A DNA stretch of 64,000 bases from a virus. Shown piece after piece: positions 31,910 through 41,747 of the stretch (positions are counted from its first letter, which is position 1; each line of letters starts with the position of its first letter). Made by a program: the position numbers and the translations under genes. The notes below the pieces were generated by a model. The model ran no database searches. It was given only the letters and a program-made list of their open reading frames with translations, and was not told where the DNA came from. Location of the stretch: the IMG/VR virus record IMGVR_UViG_3300020172_000530, positions 12,690-76,689 of that record, one strand, 5' to 3'.

Positions 31910-32810
31910 AGTCAAAGTAGCAGATTGTGATGTGGTATATTTAAGTTATGATGAACCTAACGCAGAACAAAATTACTCTGATTTATTGACTAAAATACCT
32001 TGGGCTAAACGTGTACACGGAGTCGAGGGCAGTGATAGTGCCCATAAGGCCTGTGCTAGATTAGCAGATACAGAACGAGTCGTTATCATCGATGGTGATA
32101 ATATAGTTAGACCTGATTTAATTAACCAAGAAGTAGAGTTTTATAACGATGCCAATACTAATTGTGTGATTAGTTGGGGAGCAAGAAATATCATTAATGG
32201 TCTAGTTTATGGCAATGGCGGTGTAAAATGTTGGCCAACAGATTTGATACTTGATATGCGAACACATGAAAATGCCGAAGATACTAATACTAAGACACAA
32301 GTAGATTTTTGTTGGGATATAAATTATATCCAAATGGATACATGTATGAGCGACGTATACAATAACGGTAGTCCACAACAAGCATGGAGAGCAGGGTTTC
32401 GAGAAGGAGTGAAAATGAGTTTATTAGAAGGATCTAAACCTGTTAATGATAGACCATTTGATAGACAAATACATTGGAAAAATTTACATAGATTGTTGAT
32501 CTGGATGACAGCAGGTTCTGAAATCACAAACGGACTATACGCTATATTAGGAGCAAGACAAGGGTGTTACAAAACAAATTGTACAGATTGGGATTTCACT
32601 AATGTTAGAGATTTTAAGTATCTGAATAATCTGTATGAGGAAATTGTATCTGAAGTAAACTTAGATAAAGACATAACACGTTTAGGAATTGAAATTACAT
32701 CTCGATTAAAGATTCCTTGCCCTGCCCCATTTACTTCGGATCAGAGTATATTTTTTAAAACAGTGTATACGAATCCTCCTCGTATGAAAAATAAATCGGT
32801 TGTATCCTAA
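31902..32810 (+). CDS. GT2-like glycosyltransferase
   Basis: LSYDEPNAEQNY...P.AKRV.GV.G...AH.A.A...IIDGD, YGNGGVK and AWRAGFRE. Confidence 0.6.
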   Translation: MYKVKVADCDVVYLSYDEPNAEQNYSDLLTKIPWAKRVHGVEGSDSAHKACARLADTERVVIIDGDNIVRPDLINQEVEFYNDANTNCVISWGARNIINGLVYGNGGVKCWPTDLILDMRTHENAEDTNTKTQVDFCWDINYIQMDTCMSDVYNNGSPQQAWRAGFREGVKMSLLEGSKPVNDRPFDRQIHWKNLHRLLIWMTAGSEITNGLYAILGARQGCYKTNCTDWDFTNVRDFKYLNNLYEEIVSEVNLDKDITRLGIEITSRLKIPCPAPFTSDQSIFFKTVYTNPPRMKNKSVVS

Positions 32811-33496
32811 TGTACGATATCGCATTTATAAGCTACAAAGAACCCAATGCTGATAAAAATTGGGAGAATTTAACTAGTAGATTTCCTTGGGCAAAACGTA
32901 TTAGTCGTGTACGAGGAATACATATGGCGCACATCGCTGCCGCCAGCAAATGTTTTACAAACATGTTTTGGGTAGTAGATGGTGATGCTGAAGTTTTAGA
33001 AAGTTTTGATTTTAGTTTTACTACGAAAGAAACTAATTTCGTACATGTGTGGCGTAGTCGTAATCCTGTTAATGATTTAGAATACGGATATGGAGGTGTA
33101 AAATTACTTCCAAGATTAGCTACACTTAATATGGATACTACTAAGCCTGATATGACTACTAGTATTAGTCAACACTTCAGGCCAATGCCCGAAGTTAGTA
33201 ATATTACTGCTTTTAATACAGATCCTTTCAGTGCGTGGAGAAGTGCCTTTAGAGAATGTTGTAAATTATCAAGTAAAGTGATTGATAGACAGAAAACAGA
33301 CGAGACAGACCATCGATTGTTATCGTGGAAAATTAAAGGATTAGATAGACCATATGGTGAATATGCGATTCAAGGTGCCAAGGAAGGCGAAGAGTATGGT
33401 AAATTTTACAGCGGAAATTTAGAAGCACTGTCTAAGATTAATGATTTTGGCTGGCTGAAAGAACGATTCGAAAGGAATTCTAATGGAAGAAATTGA
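32810..33496 (+). CDS. GT2-like glycosyltransferase (paralogue of previous)
   Basis: ISYKEPNAD.N...P.AKRI..V.G...AH.AAA...VVDGD, YGYGGVK and AWRSAFRE. Confidence 0.6.
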   Translation: MYDIAFISYKEPNADKNWENLTSRFPWAKRISRVRGIHMAHIAAASKCFTNMFWVVDGDAEVLESFDFSFTTKETNFVHVWRSRNPVNDLEYGYGGVKLLPRLATLNMDTTKPDMTTSISQHFRPMPEVSNITAFNTDPFSAWRSAFRECCKLSSKVIDRQKTDETDHRLLSWKIKGLDRPYGEYAIQGAKEGEEYGKFYSGNLEALSKINDFGWLKERFERNSNGRN

Positions 33497-34334
33497 TAAG
33501 AGTGCGATATCTTGGTTACATGGATTACAAGAATTTTTTAAATTTCAAAACGATGAAATTTCCAGCAATTATGTAGATTTTATTTTAAAACTACTGTATG
33601 CTAATAATCCCGCTATCACAATAACAGAAGAAGCTGATATCGTAGAATTTATTGGTACATTAAGAAAGTTTGCTGACAATAATATTTTTAACGCTTTTCA
33701 CAAATATTATAGAGAAGAGCACAATCCTAAGCATTTACAAGATGCGTTCAGTAGAGGGCAAGTTCAGAGTAAAATTTGGTTAGCACACGAATTACAAAAG
33801 ATTCGAACAGAGCACAAGAATGTTTTAATTTTAGCAGGGTGGTATGGACAATTGCTTCAGTATTTTAAAGAAATAAAATTTGATAAAGTAAGAATAGTAG
33901 ACATGGATAAGGAAGCTTGTTTAATTAGCGACGATATTTTCAACTTACATTTAATTGAAAATTATAGAGTTAAGGCCATATGTGCTGATATAAACAATAT
34001 TATCATTCGTAAATCTGGATATATGCTTAATGTTGAAAACTTTAAGAATCTAGAAGCAAAGATTTTTAGTGAAAACTTTATGCCGGATCTTATTGTTAAT
34101 ACATCTGCTGAACATATGAGCGAGAAATGGTTCAATGATATACGTTTTAAGGATTTTGAAACTAAACCTCTTGTAGTAATCCAAAGTAATAATTTATTCG
34201 ATGTAGAAGAGCATATTAATTGTGTTCACAGTATCGATCATATGAAAAAAAATTATCCTATGAGTGAAATTTTCTATGAAGGAGAATTACAGCTAAAAGG
34301 GTACAAACGCATAATGCTTATTGGATTACCATGA
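33483..34334 (+). CDS. Class I SAM-dependent methyltransferase-like protein
   Basis: NVLILAGWYG (motif I-like), IVDMD (acidic end of strand 2) and DLIVNTSAEHM. Confidence 0.55.
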   Translation: MEEIDKSAISWLHGLQEFFKFQNDEISSNYVDFILKLLYANNPAITITEEADIVEFIGTLRKFADNNIFNAFHKYYREEHNPKHLQDAFSRGQVQSKIWLAHELQKIRTEHKNVLILAGWYGQLLQYFKEIKFDKVRIVDMDKEACLISDDIFNLHLIENYRVKAICADINNIIIRKSGYMLNVENFKNLEAKIFSENFMPDLIVNTSAEHMSEKWFNDIRFKDFETKPLVVIQSNNLFDVEEHINCVHSIDHMKKNYPMSEIFYEGELQLKGYKRIMLIGLP

Positions 34335-34558
34335 TAGATTTAGATCAGTTAGATCTTAGAACTTTACAAAAGGAATGTGCCCGTGCTGTTGCTACTATGG
34401 AAGCAACTAATAATAACATTTATAAGTTTAATAAACAAGCACACCATAATAGTCAAAACTGGTATAAAGCAGTGATTAAATGGTATATTGAACAGCATGG
34501 AGATTTACCAAGCCGTGTTGGACCAGGAGTAGCTGTTAAATTTGTAATGGATTATTAA
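34331..34558 (+). CDS. Hypothetical protein (75 aa)
   Basis: ATGA overlap with the methyltransferase gene. Confidence 0.55.
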   Translation: MIDLDQLDLRTLQKECARAVATMEATNNNIYKFNKQAHHNSQNWYKAVIKWYIEQHGDLPSRVGPGVAVKFVMDY

Positions 34559-34647
34559 TGGAAGAAGTTGACTTATCTACTATCGCTCATAGAGAACTAG
34601 AAGGGTATATGATATCAAAGAAAATTGGCATGCGACAATATGTATAG
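34558..34647 (+). CDS. Small ORF, 29 aa (MEEVDLSTIAHRELEGYMISKKIGMRQYV)
   Basis: Below the ORF-track cutoff. It starts in a TAATG overlap with the previous stop and ends overlapping the rSAM start at 34640. Confidence 0.35.
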   Translation: MEEVDLSTIAHRELEGYMISKKIGMRQYV

Positions 34648-35812
34648 ATATAACGAAATACAAACAGTTCATTTAGAAATGACAGATAATTGTAATGCTG
34701 CCTGTCCTATGTGTGCAAGAAATATAAATGGTGGCGAAGATAATCCACAGTTGCCAAAAACTGAACTAAGCCTGGATCATTGTAAAACTATATTTGAGCC
34801 CAAGTTTATCGCACAATTAAAACGCATGTATATGTGTGGTAACTATGGAGATCCTATTGCTGCTCAAGATACACTAGAAGTATTTGATTATTTTAGACAA
34901 CATAATACTAAAATGAATCTTAGTATGTACACTAATGGCAGTGCTAAAAAGACTGATTGGTGGAAACAATTAGCTCAGGTATTAGGAAAAAACAGTTATG
35001 TAGTGTTCAGTATAGATGGGTTAGAAGACACTAATCATTTATATAGACAAAATACTGTATGGTCTAAGATAATGGAAAATGCTCAAGCATTTATTGATGC
35101 AGGTGGCAACGCCCGCTGGGATTATATTGTGTTCGCCCATAATGAACATCAAGTAGATCAAGCAGATGCTCTCAGTAAAAAAATGGGTTTTACAAAATTT
35201 CAGTATAAAAAGAGTGCAAGATTTTTTAGTAATGTTAGTGGTACTACGAAAGAGATACATCAAGCAACTAATCGTAAGGGTGTGGCTACTACTTTGTTAC
35301 AGTCTCCTACAGATCCTAAGTATAGAAATAGTACTTTACAGGAGTTAAGTAAAATTGCTAGTGATAATGTTACCGAAGTGAAATTTTTGCCTAGTACTGC
35401 TAAAGACGCTGAATTACTACTAGGTAAACAGGTGTTTAGTTTCGATTTTAATAAAAAGAAAGAAATGGAAAAATATTGGGATTCGGTAGAAATTAAATGC
35501 AAAGTAGCAGAAGAAAAGTCAGTTTATATTAGCGCAGAAGGCATAGTTCAACCTTGTTGTTGGACAGCAGGTCAAATGTATGTGTGGTATTGGGAACCGT
35601 TAGGCGGCCAAATTTGGAAAGCAATTAATGAAGTGGGTAAAGATAATTTAAACGCCAAATATCACAGATTAGAAGATATAATTGACGGACGTTATTTTAC
35701 TGAAGTTGTTCCAGAAAGTTGGAAAAAATCAAGTTGTGCTGATGGGAAATTAGCTGTCTGTGCTAAAACCTGCGGTGCTAAATATGATGCCTTTAGTGCC
35801 CAGTTCAAATGA
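34640..35812 (+). CDS. Radical SAM protein 1 with C-terminal twitch/SPASM-like Cys cluster
   Basis: CNAACPMC, CGNYGDP, FSIDG and C-terminal C...PCC...C...CxxxC. The ATG at 34640 is preferred over the TTG at 34625. Confidence 0.85.
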   Translation: MYRYNEIQTVHLEMTDNCNAACPMCARNINGGEDNPQLPKTELSLDHCKTIFEPKFIAQLKRMYMCGNYGDPIAAQDTLEVFDYFRQHNTKMNLSMYTNGSAKKTDWWKQLAQVLGKNSYVVFSIDGLEDTNHLYRQNTVWSKIMENAQAFIDAGGNARWDYIVFAHNEHQVDQADALSKKMGFTKFQYKKSARFFSNVSGTTKEIHQATNRKGVATTLLQSPTDPKYRNSTLQELSKIASDNVTEVKFLPSTAKDAELLLGKQVFSFDFNKKKEMEKYWDSVEIKCKVAEEKSVYISAEGIVQPCCWTAGQMYVWYWEPLGGQIWKAINEVGKDNLNAKYHRLEDIIDGRYFTEVVPESWKKSSCADGKLAVCAKTCGAKYDAFSAQFK

Positions 35813-36885
35813 ATATAGATAATATTAAAAAAGTAGAATTAGAAATTACCAGTAATTGTAATGCTGCTTGTCCTGGTTGCGCACGAACACAAAATTCTGA
35901 TATCTTAGAAATACATAGTTTTGGATTAGAAGACCTAGTACGGATGTTCCCTACTCCAAGACATATACAAGGTAAAGAATTTAAATTCTGCGGTGTATTA
36001 GGCGATCCTATTGCTAATAAAGAATGTTATGATATGATAGAATATCTAGTTAGTAATAATGGGTATTGTCAAATTAGCACTAATGGTGGATTAAATTCAA
36101 CAATCTGGTGGAGTAAACTAGGAGAGCTAAGTAAGAAAACTAATTTAGTCGATGTTAATTTCTGTGTTGATGGACATAAGGAAACTAACCATATCTATCG
36201 AGTTAATACACTGTTCAGTGTTATAGAAAAGAATATGGCAGCTTATTCCCAGGCACAAGGACAAGCTACGTGGATTTACATAGTATTTGATCATAACGAG
36301 CACGAATTAACAACAGCACAGCATCATGCTGAACAATTAGGTTTCAAATTTGCCACAAGAACAGGTATGAGAAATAGTTATCATAACTGGGTAGCAGAAA
36401 TTAGAAATAAAGATAAAACCAAAGAACAAGTGGTAATTACTACAACAGGTAGTAAAGAACATAGTAAGAAAAATTTAGTAAAAGATCTAGATAAGTTTAT
36501 TTCAACGTATAATAAAGGAATGTTTATGCTTCCTATAGTTGATAAAAAGCAAGAAATACTGAATTCAATTACTTGTAAGTTAGTTCACGAAGGCGAAATC
36601 TTTATTGCTAGTAATCAAACCATGTGGCCCTGTTGTTTTTTATGGGATAGCATGTTTAAAAATAAAGAAAGTATTGTAGAAAAATTAAATGAATACAGCG
36701 AAGGATGGAACAGTTTACGCAATTACACTATTGATGAAGTGTTAGCTCATCCGTGGTTTGATCATATACTCGCTGAAAGTTGGAATCCCGCTCACGCTAA
36801 ACATTTTATAAGATGTATTAGAACTTGCGCATATAACAAAGCATATCAAAATGAAATCAATTATGTCAATAAAGAAACTACCTAG
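35809..36885 (+). CDS. Radical SAM protein 2 (paralogue of 1)
   Basis: CNAACPGC, CGVLGDP, FCVDG and C-terminal C...PCC...CxxxC. Confidence 0.85.
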   Translation: MNIDNIKKVELEITSNCNAACPGCARTQNSDILEIHSFGLEDLVRMFPTPRHIQGKEFKFCGVLGDPIANKECYDMIEYLVSNNGYCQISTNGGLNSTIWWSKLGELSKKTNLVDVNFCVDGHKETNHIYRVNTLFSVIEKNMAAYSQAQGQATWIYIVFDHNEHELTTAQHHAEQLGFKFATRTGMRNSYHNWVAEIRNKDKTKEQVVITTTGSKEHSKKNLVKDLDKFISTYNKGMFMLPIVDKKQEILNSITCKLVHEGEIFIASNQTMWPCCFLWDSMFKNKESIVEKLNEYSEGWNSLRNYTIDEVLAHPWFDHILAESWNPAHAKHFIRCIRTCAYNKAYQNEINYVNKETT

Positions 36886-38269
36886 CAAAACATTTTGTAT
36901 TTTACCTTGGGTACATTTAAGCACACGGCCAGACGGCAGTATGCGAGTATGTTGTACAGCCAATGCTAGTAGCGTAGGTCCTACTAACGATAAACAGCAT
37001 GGAGGGATGGTAGGAGTATTAAAAACAGATGAAGGAAAGCCCAGTAATCTGAATGTCAGTGATTTCTTAAGTAGTTGGAATAGCGATTACATGCGTAATG
37101 TTCGTAAACAGATGCTGAATGGTGAGCAGCCTCCAAGTTGTACTAAGTGCTACAAAGAAGAAGCCGCAGGGCACAATAGTAAACGGATGTGGGAAACTGC
37201 TTATTGGGCTGATCGTGTTGATCTGGACAAGCTAATTGCTGACACTGCTGAAGATGGATCTGTACCACCCCAATTAAATTATATTGATTTGCGGTTTGGA
37301 ACTAAATGCCAACTCGCTTGTGTTATGTGTAGTCCTCATGATAGTTCAGGATGGATTAAAGATTGGCAAGCAATATATCCTCAGATACAAAATAGCAGCT
37401 TAAAGGAAACATCTCAATGGTCAAATAAAGGCAGCACTAATGGCAGTAGTTATAATTGGCACAAAAATAATCCTGTGTTTTGGAAACAGTTCAATGAACA
37501 AATTCCTAATATGCAACAGTTATACTTTGCCGGTGGAGAGAGCTTAATTATCGAAGAGCATTACGAAATATTGGAGGAAGCAATAAGGCAAGGACATGCT
37601 AAGAATTTAGAATTGCGTTATAATAGTAATGGAGTAGAATGGCGTGATGATCTGTTTGAATTGTGGAAAGAATTTAAATTAGTGCGTTTTCACTATAGTG
37701 TGGACAGTATTGAAGAAATGAACAGCTATATTCGTTACCCAAGCGAATGGGAAAGAACACATGAAGTATTTCATATATTAGATAAAGCAACACCACCGAA
37801 TACAGAAATTACTGTTGCTTGTGCCGTTCAGGCGTTAAACGTATATTATTTGCCAGACTTTTTAAAATGGAAGCTTAATCAAAATTTTAAAAAAGTAAAC
37901 ATGTGGCCACTAGGCGCAGGGGGAATTAACTATCACTTTGTGTATCATCCTCCGCACCTAAATGTTAAAGTTCTTCCAAAATGGTTCAAAGAAAAATGTA
38001 GACAAAAATATGAAGAATTTTATCCATGGTGGGAAGCTAATTGGCAGAAAGGTATTCCTGCTTCTAAAACAGATCAAGTAACTTATGATATGTGGCGTGA
38101 TGCTAGTTACGGTATTAATAGATTAGAAGGTATGCTACAATTTATGGAAAGCGAAGATTGGAGCATACGATTGCCCGAACTAAAAGAATATATTCAGTTG
38201 ATTGATAATCAAAGGGGATTAAACTTTGCTGAAACATTTCCTGAAATGAAGGATATTTTCGATGAGTAA
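36863..38269 (+). CDS. Radical SAM protein 3 with N-terminal twitch-like domain
   Basis: FCILPW...VCC...CTKC, then CQLACVMC, FAGGE and YIRYPS.W. Confidence 0.85.
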   Translation: MSIKKLPSKTFCILPWVHLSTRPDGSMRVCCTANASSVGPTNDKQHGGMVGVLKTDEGKPSNLNVSDFLSSWNSDYMRNVRKQMLNGEQPPSCTKCYKEEAAGHNSKRMWETAYWADRVDLDKLIADTAEDGSVPPQLNYIDLRFGTKCQLACVMCSPHDSSGWIKDWQAIYPQIQNSSLKETSQWSNKGSTNGSSYNWHKNNPVFWKQFNEQIPNMQQLYFAGGESLIIEEHYEILEEAIRQGHAKNLELRYNSNGVEWRDDLFELWKEFKLVRFHYSVDSIEEMNSYIRYPSEWERTHEVFHILDKATPPNTEITVACAVQALNVYYLPDFLKWKLNQNFKKVNMWPLGAGGINYHFVYHPPHLNVKVLPKWFKEKCRQKYEEFYPWWEANWQKGIPASKTDQVTYDMWRDASYGINRLEGMLQFMESEDWSIRLPELKEYIQLIDNQRGLNFAETFPEMKDIFDE

Positions 38270-39599
38270 AAAAATAGCCTGTTGGTACACATTAGGTGGA
38301 CTAAATTATAAAAATGGATTTGCTACTTCTTGTCCGCAGCAAAGCGATAAACTCCATATTATGGAAGGCACTCAGATAATTAAACCTTCTGAAATTATCA
38401 ATTCAGAAGGATTCAGGAAACATCGATTAGATATGATGTCCGGTAAATGGAGTCCTGGGTGCCACTTATGTAAAAATGTAGAAGAAGCTAAAGCAGGTAA
38501 TAGTATGCGTATGGACTACCCAGTAGACGAAACTAATTACGATGATTTAACTGGTGCGATAGATTTTAACGGACTTACTCATGTAGAGTTTAGATTTAGT
38601 AACGCCTGTAATATGGCATGCCTGCACTGTAGTGAAGTGTTTAGTAGCGGCTGGATGGCAAAACTCAAACACTATGAACCTGACAAAGATGATTGGAATC
38701 ACAGACTTATACAATTGACCAAAACTATGCATCGTGCCGGATTTAACGACACGTTAAGCATAGATATGAGTCTCGAAGACATGTATAAGATTGTAGACGA
38801 TTTGAACACGAATTTTCTTAATCTACAAAAAATCGACTTTACTGGTGGCGAAGTATTATATCAGAAACAGTTTATACCTTGTCTAAAAGCATTAGCTAAA
38901 CATCCACATGCTGAAAACATACACATTAGTTTCCATACTAATTTTAATGCTAAATTTGATCCAGAAGAGTTATCAAAAGCACTTGAACCTTTTCGATATG
39001 TGACTATCATGATGAGCATTGATTCTGGAACTAACATTTATAGTTATTTTAGAACAGGTGATTGGAACGTGTTAACAGACAACATTAGAAGATTTAAAAT
39101 AGCAAACACGAGTAAAAACGTTGATCTTAATGTTGTCTGTACAACCAGTGTTTATCAAATGATGGATATTGAAAATGTATTTGAAAGTTTTTTAAATTTA
39201 GATATAGACTGGATTGATAGTTCTATTGTTTATACTCCAGATTATCTAAATCCTGCTATTTTAATGTTTGATTATAAAGATTATGTTATTCAGGATATTA
39301 AAAATACATACAGTATGATTGATAGAGTGAAACAAGAACGTATGGATAATTTTGAAGAAAGTCAAAAAATGCGTACTTGGCGTAAAGGTAAGGAGATATT
39401 TCAAGATATAGAAAGTGCTTATAGAGCATTAAAAGGCATTGAGGACTATGTGATAAATCATAAACCGCAATATAAACACTGGGAAGCCTTTATGGTATAT
39501 GTTAGAAAAACAGATGAAATATGGCAACAAGATTTTAATACTCATTTTGAAAATTACAAATTTTTAGATTATAAAGTTCTAAGAAAGGAGATGTTATGA
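38262..39599 (+). CDS. Radical SAM protein 4 with N-terminal Cys cluster
   Basis: ACW...SC...CHLC, then CNMACLHC and FTGGE. Confidence 0.85.
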   Translation: MSKKIACWYTLGGLNYKNGFATSCPQQSDKLHIMEGTQIIKPSEIINSEGFRKHRLDMMSGKWSPGCHLCKNVEEAKAGNSMRMDYPVDETNYDDLTGAIDFNGLTHVEFRFSNACNMACLHCSEVFSSGWMAKLKHYEPDKDDWNHRLIQLTKTMHRAGFNDTLSIDMSLEDMYKIVDDLNTNFLNLQKIDFTGGEVLYQKQFIPCLKALAKHPHAENIHISFHTNFNAKFDPEELSKALEPFRYVTIMMSIDSGTNIYSYFRTGDWNVLTDNIRRFKIANTSKNVDLNVVCTTSVYQMMDIENVFESFLNLDIDWIDSSIVYTPDYLNPAILMFDYKDYVIQDIKNTYSMIDRVKQERMDNFEESQKMRTWRKGKEIFQDIESAYRALKGIEDYVINHKPQYKHWEAFMVYVRKTDEIWQQDFNTHFENYKFLDYKVLRKEML

Positions 39600-40453
39600 A
39601 ATTTAGAGATAACAACGCAATTTATGAACAGTTAGATACTAACAGTGGAATAGAACTATTTAGATTTAACGGGTTGGACATTCCATTCAATCCAACTTGG
39701 AGAAAGATAGGTATCAATCTTAGTGGGGGTGCTGATAGTAGTTGCCTACTAACATTATTATGTAATATTATTACAAGGAATAAATTACGTTGTGTAATAC
39801 ATGTGATTAGTCATGTTCGTTGTTATAACACTAGACCTTGGCAAGGACCAATCGCGCTTGATGTCTTTGAAAAATTTGTTAAAGATTATTATCCTAGTAT
39901 TCATTTTATAAGACACACTAATTTTATACCACCAGAATTAGAATGGGGAGCCATTGGTCCTATAACACATGATGAAGACGGTCGCCCTAGAAGTGGTGAT
40001 CAAATCTGTGTCGGAAGTTTTAACAACTATATTATACATAAAGAAAAATTAGACGTAGTTTATAATGCTACTAGTGCCAATCCTCAAGGAAGTAATTGGG
40101 TCGGAGGAATGGCTAATAGGGAAAAGCCTGCTAGTGAAGGCGTTCTTAAAGATTTAGTAATGAGCAAAGAAGGACACACAATTTGTCATCCTTTTAGATT
40201 CGTAGATAAGTCTTATATTTTGGCTCAGTATCATTTATTTGACAAACTTGATCTTTATAATATGACACGCAGTTGTGAAGGCGATATTAACGATCCAAAA
40301 ATTAAAGAAATAGTACCGACGCTGCAAGCCTATGATTCAGTTGACCATACGGTAGATACTTTACCTAAGTGTGGGCATTGCTGGTGGTGTAAAGAAAGAG
40401 ATTGGGCGGAAAGTGTAGTCGATCAAGTAGTGGAAGAATTAAGAAATGCTTGA
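39596..40453 (+). CDS. QueC-like PP-loop ATPase (adenylating enzyme with Zn-site Cys motif)
   Basis: INLSGGADSS PP-loop and C-terminal TRSCEG...CGHCWWCKER. Confidence 0.7.
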   Translation: MKFRDNNAIYEQLDTNSGIELFRFNGLDIPFNPTWRKIGINLSGGADSSCLLTLLCNIITRNKLRCVIHVISHVRCYNTRPWQGPIALDVFEKFVKDYYPSIHFIRHTNFIPPELEWGAIGPITHDEDGRPRSGDQICVGSFNNYIIHKEKLDVVYNATSANPQGSNWVGGMANREKPASEGVLKDLVMSKEGHTICHPFRFVDKSYILAQYHLFDKLDLYNMTRSCEGDINDPKIKEIVPTLQAYDSVDHTVDTLPKCGHCWWCKERDWAESVVDQVVEELRNA

Positions 40454-41747
40454 TACATTCTGTCCTATTCCTTGGATATTTCAAGCAGTAAGAGCCAACG
40501 GAGATATCCGTGTTTGTTGTCAGGCTAACGTGACTAAGAATCAAGGAGTAATCAGAAAGCTAGATGGTTCAGCTTATAATGCTGGGCAAGATACATTAGA
40601 AGATAGCAGAAACGCAGAGATGATGAAAGCAATTCGTCTTAACATGCTGAACGGTGTGTGGAGTGAAGAATGCGGCCGTTGTAAAAAAGAAGAGGAAACT
40701 GGGTTAGTGAGTCGTAGGACTTATGAAAATCAACAATGGAAATTTACTATAGATGAAGCACGAGCTAAGACAGCAGAAGATGGTAGTATAGCAGATGTTC
40801 CTATCATTTATTATGATTTAAGATTTGGTAATTTTTGTAATTTAAAATGTCGTATGTGTGGCCCAACAGATAGTAGTGCTTGGTACGATGATTGGATTAA
40901 ACTCACAGGCAGCAACAAATTTAAAGACACATCAGGAGAAGTATCTATACTAGAAAATTCTAAAGGATACTATGCCACAGAGTTTGATTGGCCTAACTAT
41001 GAACCATTTTGGCAGCAACTGGAGTCAAACGCACATAACATTCAGCATGTATATTTTGCTGGCGGTGAACCTATGCTTATAGAACGTCACTACGATTTTT
41101 TGGAAAGATGTATTGAACAAAATGTTGCTAAAAATATAATTATTGAGTATAATACTAATATGAGTACCTTACCCGCTCGAGTGACTAACTTATGGAAAAG
41201 TTTTAAACAAGTTCGAGTTGGCGCGAGTGTAGACGGAATGGATAAGATGCAGGAATATCAACGTTATCCTGCTAAATGGCAAAAGACTTTAGATAATTTG
41301 CGCAAAGTCGATGAACTACCTGATAATATTATTGCTTGGTTAGCCTTTACTGTTACTGCTTACAATATTAATCATATGATTGATTTTATGAAATGGAAGT
41401 TACAATTAAGTGGATTTAAAAAAATTAATAGTACAAATAGAAGACCAATAATCACACATCATGTCGCTCATCATCCTAAACATTTAAATGTCAGAGTGTT
41501 GCCCGACGAATATAAAAAAGAGCTTACTGAAAAATTTTATGAATTTTTAGAATGGGTTAAAAATAACCACCCAAGTGTTATTATACAAGCTACAGATATA
41601 GTAAATGGTGTAGTGAATTATATGAATAGCGAAAGTTATTACAAAGAATATTGGAACGAGTTTTTAAGTTATACTAAAAAATTAGATGATATTAGACAAG
41701 AAAGTATAGCTGATGTAGAACCAAAGTTTAAGGAATACATAAAGTGA
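40446..41747 (+). CDS. Radical SAM protein 5 with N-terminal twitch-like domain
   Basis: FCPIPW...VCC...CGRC, then CNLKCRMC and FAGGEP. Confidence 0.88.
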   Translation: MLDTFCPIPWIFQAVRANGDIRVCCQANVTKNQGVIRKLDGSAYNAGQDTLEDSRNAEMMKAIRLNMLNGVWSEECGRCKKEEETGLVSRRTYENQQWKFTIDEARAKTAEDGSIADVPIIYYDLRFGNFCNLKCRMCGPTDSSAWYDDWIKLTGSNKFKDTSGEVSILENSKGYYATEFDWPNYEPFWQQLESNAHNIQHVYFAGGEPMLIERHYDFLERCIEQNVAKNIIIEYNTNMSTLPARVTNLWKSFKQVRVGASVDGMDKMQEYQRYPAKWQKTLDNLRKVDELPDNIIAWLAFTVTAYNINHMIDFMKWKLQLSGFKKINSTNRRPIITHHVAHHPKHLNVRVLPDEYKKELTEKFYEFLEWVKNNHPSVIIQATDIVNGVVNYMNSESYYKEYWNEFLSYTKKLDDIRQESIADVEPKFKEYIK

